Assembly: GCA_050951545.1 (NCBI GenBank)
Contig: JBMNJG010000007.1
Span: 96,001-160,000 of the forward strand
From: Limnochordia bacterium
GTDB taxonomy: Bacteria > Bacillota > Limnochordia > DTU080
DNA: 64,000 nt
Direction: 5' to 3'
The notes under the pieces are model-generated. The model worked only from the letters and a program-made list of their open reading frames with translations, did no database searches and was not told the DNA's origin. This document shows, piece by piece, positions 56,915 through 64,000 of the stretch (position 1 is the first letter of the stretch; each line of letters begins with the position of its first letter). The translations under genes were made by a program, and so were the position numbers.

Positions 56915-57688
56915 ATGCGCATAGGTATACTCGATGTCGTCTTGGGTGTCGCTTGGGACACGCTGCACCAAGCGGCGGCGAGTGTCGGTTTCGATGGTGT
57001 CGAACTAGGCGTCAACGCACCAGAAGCAGTCCGCAGTCCGCTGTGGCAGGCCTCGACAAGGGAGTCTCTGGCTGAGGCAGCTCGTCAGACGGGTGTGGAG
57101 ACAGCTTCTTTGTGTCTCCATGGTTGGGGCGCTTTCGCTGCATCCCCGGAGACCCGTGACGAAGCCACAAAAGTGGCGCAGCAGGCAGTAGAGTTTGCTG
57201 CAGAGCTTGGGGCCAAGGTTATTCTCGTTCCCCTGAATGCCCCGCCAGCGATGAGTTATGATGATGCGGCGGTCGGTTGGGTGGAGGCCCTCAGGGCGGC
57301 AGGTGCGCAGGCCGCACAGGCCGGGGTGGTTTTGGCCATGGAGAGCGTCGGTCGCACCCACACCCAGTCAGCAGAACGTTTTGAGAAGCTTCTGGAGCGC
57401 GCCGGAGGTACCGGGGTGGGTATCTACTATGATGTGGGCAACGCCCTGTACCAAGGATTCGACCCCATTGGTGACATGCGACGGTTGGGCAAACTGATCA
57501 CACAGGTACACGTAAAGCAGCCAGGCAGGTACTTGCTAGCTGATGGTCCGCTGCATATGGCCAAGTTATTAGGTACACTTCAGGAGATCGGTTACGATGG
57601 TTACCTAGTGCTAGAAACTGCTGGTCTTGACGATAGGGTAGCATCGGCTCGGGCCAACTTGCAGTTTCTGCGGGGTCTGCTTGTCTGA
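56915..57688 (+). CDS. Sugar phosphate isomerase/epimerase (TIM barrel)
   Basis: GFDGVEL, YYDVGN, VHVK, GYDGYLVLET. Confidence 0.85.
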   Translation: MRIGILDVVLGVAWDTLHQAAASVGFDGVELGVNAPEAVRSPLWQASTRESLAEAARQTGVETASLCLHGWGAFAASPETRDEATKVAQQAVEFAAELGAKVILVPLNAPPAMSYDDAAVGWVEALRAAGAQAAQAGVVLAMESVGRTHTQSAERFEKLLERAGGTGVGIYYDVGNALYQGFDPIGDMRRLGKLITQVHVKQPGRYLLADGPLHMAKLLGTLQEIGYDGYLVLETAGLDDRVASARANLQFLRGLLV

Positions 57689-57691
57689 CGG

Positions 57692-59341
57692 TTGTCGGTG
57701 AATCCTGCGGGAGGCAAGGGCACGTTGAGAGCTTGGTGGAGTAGCCCCTCCGATGAGGATATGCGGTGCATTTCTGCTCAGTTGCAGCGTGAACCGCGCA
57801 TAGTCATCGCGGTGGCGCGTCGATGTCGCTTTGGCTTCCCGCAGGTCATCGTAACGAGTCCTGTCGTGTGGGGCCCGGGTCGTCGCTCGGAGAGGAAGGC
57901 AGATGTGGCCAGCGACGATCCGCGGGTTTTCCCGACGCTTTTCTGGCTGTCTTGCCCCCATTTGGTCTCTGCAGTAGGGCGCGTTGAGAGTCAGGGTTGG
58001 GTTGGCAGAGTAAAGCTATGGTTGGATAGGCACAACCTGCAAGAGATGTGGCAGGATGTGCATCGACGGGCGGCTGGCGAGCGTTTGGCGGTGCTGTCGG
58101 AAGACCAAGAGCATCTACTGCGAGAGGCGCATCCCTCTCAGTGGCAAGTCCTCATGTCTTCGGGTGTGGGTGGGACGCGTAGTGTGGCAGGTATCAAATG
58201 CTTGCACGCCCACCTGGCCGACTATATGGCAGGTCCGGTGGGCGACGAGTGCTCCCGTGATGCAGTCAGCGATGTGCCGGGAAGCCGCAACCCAGTGGGT
58301 GCGAAGACGCTCGCCTTGCTTTTGCAGGACGGGGTGGACGTTTCGGGATGCGCGGAGTGCGTATGCGGTGAGCCCCCGGCAGCCAGACGGTTAGCGGCGA
58401 TTGATGTGGGATCGAACTCATGTCGCTTGCTGGCCGTTGATGTGGATGGTGAGGGCCACCACTGCAGGTCTGTGGCGGCCATGGAGAGTACACGTTTGGC
58501 CGAGGGTCTGCAGGAGAGGGGCATCTTAGCACCGGACGCCCTGGCCCGTACGCTGCGCGCACTAGGGGTTTTGCATAGCCAGGGACGCCAGGGGCTAGCG
58601 GCCACAGAGGTCCAGGTGATGGCGGTGGCCACGAGTGCCATGCGTGAGGCGAGCAATCCGGAGGCGTTGCTCTGGCCAGCGTGGGAGCAGCTAGGATTAC
58701 CCCTCCGGGTGATCTCGGGCGAAGAGGAAGCGCAGCTATCATTTCGAGGCGCGATCGCTGGTTGGCAAGGCCGATGCCCTGGGAAGGCTGTAGGCGTTCT
58801 CGATATTGGTGGTGGTAGTACAGAGCTTGTAGCGGGCACCCCAGAAAGTGGGGCGACGTGGTCAGTGAGTGTAGAAATGGGGGCTGTGCGCCTGAAGGAT
58901 GGAGCTGCCTCGTTCAACATAAGCGAGCAGGACGTCGAAGCTCTAACGGCGATTGGCAAAGAGGCCCTGCAAGGTGAGCTGAGCCGCGCTCAGGTACTGC
59001 TCCCTCACGGAGAAGCCGTTCTTCTAGGGGTGGGTGGCACATTGACCTCATTGGCGGCCATGGACCTTGAGCTGGAGGTTTATGACTCGGAGCGCATTCA
59101 AGGACATCAGCTCACGCGAGAGCGCATCGCCGAGATAGCGACGAAGCTAGCAGCCTTGCCATTAACTCAGCGGCAGCAGGTGCCTGGTTTGCAGCCGGAG
59201 CGAGCAGATATCATCGTGGCCGGGGCGGCCATTGCGCTGGCAGCCATGGCGGTTCTGCAGCAAGAACATATCATAATCAGCGAGGCCGACATTCTACAGG
59301 GGATGATTGAGAGTTTCCAGGTGCGCTCTACGGCACGGTAG
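57692..59341 (+). CDS. DUF501 - Ppx/GppA phosphatase fusion protein
   Basis: DUF501: RC..G.P, FPTLFWLSCP, GVGG, KCLHAH, NPVG; Ppx: AAIDVGSNS, ATSAMREA.N, SGEEEA, DIGGGSTE, GVGGT, RADII; start may be TTG 57725. Confidence 0.88.
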   Translation: MSVNPAGGKGTLRAWWSSPSDEDMRCISAQLQREPRIVIAVARRCRFGFPQVIVTSPVVWGPGRRSERKADVASDDPRVFPTLFWLSCPHLVSAVGRVESQGWVGRVKLWLDRHNLQEMWQDVHRRAAGERLAVLSEDQEHLLREAHPSQWQVLMSSGVGGTRSVAGIKCLHAHLADYMAGPVGDECSRDAVSDVPGSRNPVGAKTLALLLQDGVDVSGCAECVCGEPPAARRLAAIDVGSNSCRLLAVDVDGEGHHCRSVAAMESTRLAEGLQERGILAPDALARTLRALGVLHSQGRQGLAATEVQVMAVATSAMREASNPEALLWPAWEQLGLPLRVISGEEEAQLSFRGAIAGWQGRCPGKAVGVLDIGGGSTELVAGTPESGATWSVSVEMGAVRLKDGAASFNISEQDVEALTAIGKEALQGELSRAQVLLPHGEAVLLGVGGTLTSLAAMDLELEVYDSERIQGHQLTRERIAEIATKLAALPLTQRQQVPGLQPERADIIVAGAAIALAAMAVLQQEHIIISEADILQGMIESFQVRSTAR

Positions 59342-59362
59342 GTTATAATAATAGACGATCAA

Positions 59363-59449
59363 GCCGGAGTGACGGAATGGCAGACGTTGGGGACTTAAAA
59401 TCCTCTGGGCTAAACACCCGTGCGGGTTCGACTCCCGCCTCCGGCACCA
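59363..59449 (+). tRNA. tRNA-Leu (TAA)
   Basis: Acceptor GCCGGAG/CTCCGGC, anticodon loop CTTAAAA, long variable arm, GGTTCGACTCC, encoded CCA. Confidence 0.97.
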
Positions 59450-59751
59450 ACAGAAAGACAGGTGCGAGCCGTGCATGCTCGCGCTTATTTTGTTGTCATG
59501 GCCCCAGCGTGTCGAAGGCCAGCGCCACGAATCGCCACCATGCAACTACACGTTCCAGACTTCGTTTGCCTGCCTGGCCGCGCCAGGGTGCAGGGTGTTG
59601 CCGACTGTTAACGGCCAGGCTAGAATGGCTGTAAGCGAGCACTGACTGACCGGGAGGGTGACGTCTTGATGAGGCTACTCGCCAAAACGGAATCCGGTTG
59701 GGTTGTTCCAAGCTATCGCTTTGTGGCTGTGTGCGCTGAGCGTTTTCTTCA

Positions 59752-62622
59752 GTGCTGCCGGTCCAGGCGGCAGAAGGGCAAAACCTAATAGCCAATGGGG
59801 AGTTTGAGCAAGTGAGGGCAAATGGCACTCCTGATCACTGGTATGTGAGTGTAACGGAAGAAAACTATACGGTGGCGACGGCTGATTCGTTGCGCAAGCC
59901 CGGCGAAAGGGCACTGCGTTTGGTGGGAAAAGCCTCGGGCGGTAGAGCCTTTGTCTACCAACGCATACCCGTGGAAGAAGGACAGAAGTATGTACTGAGC
60001 TTTTGGCACCGGACCGAAGGAGCCATTGTTCCTGGTAACAACCCGACGCGGCATGAAGCTCGTGTGGAGTTTCTGAACGCAGAGCAAAACAAGCTCATCG
60101 CCGCGTCCCTGTTCTTTCACTTAGAAAGGCAAGTGGACGATTGGACCTATGTGGAATATGGTTTCGAGGTACCTGTCAGTACCCAGTTCGATGCGAATGG
60201 CGTGCGCGTCCCTGTTAAGTACATATGGGTCCACTTGCGACTAGATAACGCAGTGGGTGAAGCTTATTTCGCTGATGTAAATGTGCAGCAAGATACTGCG
60301 AGCAGTCTAGACGTAACCTTCGAAAAAGGAGACGAGCCTTTCGTGCCCAGCACATATTATGTTAGTCCCTCTGGTGATGATGCACAGCTTGGTACACGGG
60401 ATCAACCATGGCGAACTCTAGAGAAGGCATCGAGTAGGGCTAGGGCGGGTGACACAGTTGTTTTCTTGCAGGGCGTCTACAGCGGCATATTGCAGCCCAT
60501 GCACAGTGGTACGGAAGAAGCGCCCATTGTCTTTCGCGCCGAGGAACCACTGTCTGCCGTGCTGGTTGGCTCATCTGTGTCGAATGCTCATGCGGTCCGT
60601 TTAATGGGTGTCTCCCATGTTCATGTAGAGGGGTTAAAGATACAGCCAGCACATCAGGCCGGTCGTTGGGCGATCGTTGATAGATGCCATGACATTCGCA
60701 TCGACCAGTTCTTCATGACTGGCGGGGCGGGAGATTCTGGTCTGGGGCGGACGCCTTTTGTCATCAGTAACAGTGAGCAGATTCAGGTGCGCGATAGTGT
60801 GTTGCGGGAGTTTGCCGACCACGATATGGCCCATGTCTACAATGCCAAACACATTCTGTTTGAAGGAAATGCGTTCAGCCGTACAGGTCACTCGCCGCTG
60901 GCCTTTTCGCCCCGGATCGAGCTGTTTGGCTCCACGCAATACGTGGTACTGCGGGGAAATGTGTTTCACTGTGTGTGGGGCCGCAATTTCGAGATCTTCG
61001 GCGAGTCGGATTTTCTGTTTGAGGGGAATATCATCACGGGTGCCTTCGATGGAGGCCTTTCCGCCGACCCCCAGGCCAAATTCCTGGTGGATGGTGGTAT
61101 CGCCCGGTTTAACCGCATCTTTCGCAACTGGGGCGTCCCCATCTCTGGTTCGCCCTACCACGACGGCCTGCACTTCCGCAACCTTTACTTCTACAATAAC
61201 GTGTTTGACCAAAACGCTCAGGCCGCGTTCAACGTGTCTGCCCACGTGAACACGGAAAATCTATGCTTCAAGAACAACATCTTCTCGAACAACAATCAAC
61301 TGGGGGCCGGAGTCCAGATCTCGTTCAGTGGCACCTTAGGTATGTCGTTTCGTAACCTTGACGTACACTCCAATGATATCGCTGGCGGCATTCTCAGAGC
61401 TGGTCACTTGCTCACGGTTGAGCAGTTACAGTCAGATGCATGGGGCCGTATATTTAGGCGGGAGTTCGTAGGCAACTTGGATGTGGACCCGGGATTCGTG
61501 GCACCCGAAAACTACAATCATGCGTTGCGAAGCGATAGTCCGCTACGTGACGGCGGTGAACCACTGACCCGGGCACTCGGGCAAGGGAACAGCTCGGTAC
61601 TCCCAGTCGAGAACGCCGGGTATTTCTATGACGGCTTTGGCATTCGCGGGGAAGTGGGGGACACTATAGCGATTGGAAGCCAGCAGCAATTGGCGATAGT
61701 GTTGCAGGTGGATCGTCTACAGAACACGCTCACGCTCGATCGTGCCGTCTCCTGGTCTGATGGCGACCCGGTCAGTCTGCCCTGGAGTGGCACAGCACCC
61801 GACATTGGGGCGTACGAACACGACGCTGACGGGCGAGTTTCAATACAAGTTAGCGTGGATTCTTTCTATGCGCATCCTGGCGAGGCTGTTCAAATGCGTG
61901 CAGTCATCCATGGCAAGATGGACCCTGTCGAGTATGTGTGGTACCTGGGTGATGGCACTCTTGCCTACGGAGAAGAGATTGTGCACGAATACAAGACCGC
62001 CTACGACTACCCTGTTCGTGTTCGGGTAATCGGCGCCGACAACCGTTCATACGTCGGTGTCGGATACATCCTTGTGGAGGATCCCGCCAAGAACGAGCTT
62101 CCTCTCCTGCAGACGACCTTCGATAGGGATGATGCCGATTGGTGGTGGACCTGGTATAAGTCTCGCCCAGTTCCTGTGGAATGGGAGCGCGTGCTCGAGC
62201 CTACAGGAAACGGGTTCATGCGCATACAGGCGCCGGACGACCGAAGCGTCATGCCCCTAAACACTCATTTAGCTGATTGGCACATCGACCAGCACCCCTA
62301 CGTGCGCCTGCGCTATCGGTTGTCGCCCGGCACACCGTACGGCCTCTACGTACAAGGGTTTTCCACGCCTACAGACGACCGTCGGGTGTTTGTGGCTGTA
62401 AGTCCTGCCGCCCAGCATGATAAGGATAAGCGGCTAACGGATCTTGTTCTTATCGACGACGGAAACTGGCATGACCTGGAATTTGATGCACGTGTGGTGC
62501 GGGAGAAGTACCCCGATGTGGACGTACTGGAAATGATGGGCTTTATCGCTTTGCCCAACACATTGGTGAAAAAGGGTGCCGAGTTCTTTCTGGACGAAGC
62601 ACACATACTGCCTGTAGAATAA
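59752..62622 (+). CDS. Secreted multi-module protein: CBM-like + right-handed beta-helix + PKD + C-terminal beta-sandwich (true start probably 59669, see findings)
   Basis: NLIANGEFE; YYVSPSGDD..GT..QPWRTL; FEGN/YNNVF/KNNIF repeats; PDIGAYE; YVWYLGDG...HEY PKD motif. Confidence 0.8.
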   Translation: MLPVQAAEGQNLIANGEFEQVRANGTPDHWYVSVTEENYTVATADSLRKPGERALRLVGKASGGRAFVYQRIPVEEGQKYVLSFWHRTEGAIVPGNNPTRHEARVEFLNAEQNKLIAASLFFHLERQVDDWTYVEYGFEVPVSTQFDANGVRVPVKYIWVHLRLDNAVGEAYFADVNVQQDTASSLDVTFEKGDEPFVPSTYYVSPSGDDAQLGTRDQPWRTLEKASSRARAGDTVVFLQGVYSGILQPMHSGTEEAPIVFRAEEPLSAVLVGSSVSNAHAVRLMGVSHVHVEGLKIQPAHQAGRWAIVDRCHDIRIDQFFMTGGAGDSGLGRTPFVISNSEQIQVRDSVLREFADHDMAHVYNAKHILFEGNAFSRTGHSPLAFSPRIELFGSTQYVVLRGNVFHCVWGRNFEIFGESDFLFEGNIITGAFDGGLSADPQAKFLVDGGIARFNRIFRNWGVPISGSPYHDGLHFRNLYFYNNVFDQNAQAAFNVSAHVNTENLCFKNNIFSNNNQLGAGVQISFSGTLGMSFRNLDVHSNDIAGGILRAGHLLTVEQLQSDAWGRIFRREFVGNLDVDPGFVAPENYNHALRSDSPLRDGGEPLTRALGQGNSSVLPVENAGYFYDGFGIRGEVGDTIAIGSQQQLAIVLQVDRLQNTLTLDRAVSWSDGDPVSLPWSGTAPDIGAYEHDADGRVSIQVSVDSFYAHPGEAVQMRAVIHGKMDPVEYVWYLGDGTLAYGEEIVHEYKTAYDYPVRVRVIGADNRSYVGVGYILVEDPAKNELPLLQTTFDRDDADWWWTWYKSRPVPVEWERVLEPTGNGFMRIQAPDDRSVMPLNTHLADWHIDQHPYVRLRYRLSPGTPYGLYVQGFSTPTDDRRVFVAVSPAAQHDKDKRLTDLVLIDDGNWHDLEFDARVVREKYPDVDVLEMMGFIALPNTLVKKGAEFFLDEAHILPVE

Positions 62623-62769
62623 CAGCTATTGAGGACCAGGATGATGATGGTGACCTAACGCTCCGATGAATGCAGAAGGCCACACTGCACGTACGTGTGG
62701 CTCTCTGCTTTGGAGGCGCAACGGTGCTGCATGCCTGCCAGGGCAATGGCATCCGGCGCACGCCCATAC

Positions 62770-64000
62770 TTAGGAATAGGTGAAGTAGGCCGTCGCCCTG
62801 CAGGGCGTATCTGAGGTCACCCTCACCCAGTGTGCGCTGAAACCGGAGGGGAACTCATGATGGACGTACTCGCCCGATCGAACCACAATTGTCTTGTACA
62901 AGTTCCAGCTCTGATCACCAAGGAAGTCGACCTCAATCTGGAAAGCGCAGTCGCCGTTAGCATCATGGCACAGGTGAAGCACCTTGTCGCGGAATCCGGT
63001 CATCAGGTACGGGTCAGAGGCCTCGTAGGCAACGATATCCTTCTTCCACCAAGGCCCTCCCCAGCCAGCGGGCTTGCCGAACTGCCAGAGATCGTCTGTC
63101 TTTCCAAACCACAGCCCGCTCTGTGGCTGTCCTGCCCATAGGTTGGCATCCCGAATGGGCGTCACCTGATTTCCAGCTAGGACAAGGTATCCGTTCCACG
63201 AACAGAAATCCGGAATGACTCGCAGATGTGTGGAGACAGGCCTCACTCCCCAAACGCTACCTCCATAGGCAACTGGTGAGAGTTCGTAGAACATGCCGTG
63301 GCAGTCCATCAAGTACCGCTCTGTCTCCACTTCCCGAATGCGTGTCCACTCCGTCTGGCACCATTCGTCGAACGTGTGACTGGCCTTGGGCAGCCGGTAC
63401 GTTGACCAAGTGCCGTTCGAAAAAACCTTGAGAATGGCTGAGGCCTTATCCCAACCTGTGGCAAACATCACCTGACCGAAGTTCTTGTGGCCAACGACTT
63501 CCATGAATGGGGAGCGTTCCAGAACCGTCCAGGTGTTACCATCCCACTCCGCAAGCCGGCCAAACGCTGTTTGGCCCTGGAAGTCACCCTCAAGGTATGT
63601 GTTGTTTGCCACCACTACGCGCCCGTTGCCAGTGTAACCACCTTTGAAATGGCATCTGTTGCGTGCACCGATCCCCAGTTCGTCACACAGGTCGAAGACT
63701 TGGCGGGCCTCAAGCGTTGCCACATCAACCTCGAACAGCAAGGCCTCCATGGTGAGGAAATACACCTTGTTCTGCGGGTCTGTCAGGTGCTCCATCGTTG
63801 CTGTTAGCCGATGCCCCGTGATCGAGGAGATCGTGCGCACACGCCCTTCACGGTCGATGATATGCGGTCCAATGATCAACTGCGTAGAAGGGGGATGGAT
63901 CATGCGATTCGCATAGGTACCCACCACACTCTCAGGACGCCTGACCATTGTCATGTCGTCACGAATCTCCCATAGCCCTGTACCTTCACCAGAACCTGCC
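62770..64000 (-). CDS. Conserved-looking hypothetical protein, Trp/Gly-rich, truncated by the window edge
   Basis: Frame stays open beyond ATG 63954 to the edge (…GEGTGLWEIRDDMTM…); beta-rich composition. Confidence 0.75.
   Translation of the reverse strand, partial: AGSGEGTGLWEIRDDMTMVRRPESVVGTYANRMIHPPSTQLIIGPHIIDREGRVRTISSITGHRLTATMEHLTDPQNKVYFLTMEALLFEVDVATLEARQVFDLCDELGIGARNRCHFKGGYTGNGRVVVANNTYLEGDFQGQTAFGRLAEWDGNTWTVLERSPFMEVVGHKNFGQVMFATGWDKASAILKVFSNGTWSTYRLPKASHTFDEWCQTEWTRIREVETERYLMDCHGMFYELSPVAYGGSVWGVRPVSTHLRVIPDFCSWNGYLVLAGNQVTPIRDANLWAGQPQSGLWFGKTDDLWQFGKPAGWGGPWWKKDIVAYEASDPYLMTGFRDKVLHLCHDANGDCAFQIEVDFLGDQSWNLYKTIVVRSGEYVHHEFPSGFSAHWVRVTSDTPCRATAYFTYS

Noticed and set aside
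59363-59660. Island inserted at tRNA-Leu
   Set aside because: Followed by a terminator-like hairpin and a secreted enzyme gene; no integrase or att duplicate within the window
1-64000. CRISPR array, tandem repeats, IS elements or prophage
   Set aside because: No regularly spaced repeats and no cas, transposase, integrase or phage ORFs seen

Overview
Chromosomal backbone of a GC-rich, endospore-forming Bacillota. The veg-ispE-purR...glmU-prs-rplY-pth-mfd-spoVT-mazG-hup-yabP-yabQ-divIC-yabR gene order is recognisable. The solute-binding proteins lack lipoboxes, which suggests a diderm lineage such as Limnochordia (inference). Single catabolic genes (PL10 pectate lyase, beta-helix protein, Gfo/Idh/MocA dehydrogenases, TIM-barrel isomerases, enolase-superfamily and URO-D-fold proteins, orphan solute-binding proteins) are interspersed, including a ~22 kb block between purR and tRNA-Gln. 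Non-coding elements: tRNA-Gln(TTG), tRNA-Leu(TAA), a yybP-ykoY riboswitch before a P2A ATPase, a YtrA-type operator, and many sigmaA- and sigmaH-like promoters and terminators. I saw no CRISPR array, integrase, transposase or prophage, and I cannot establish a new biological system from sequence alone. Best leads: (1) a DUF501-Ppx/GppA fusion; (2) a GlmU truncated before its acetyltransferase active site; (3) a 7TM / dead histidine kinase / degenerate receiver / intact GGDEF protein; (4) a catalytically dead GH18 spore protein beside a SipL-like gene; (5) a recurring AGG(A/G)-N17-GAA(T/G) motif before scattered catabolic genes; (6) a CTG-initiated YtrA regulator. Several single-base frameshifts in short homopolymers may be assembly errors. 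All family assignments come from motif recognition by eye, not database searches.
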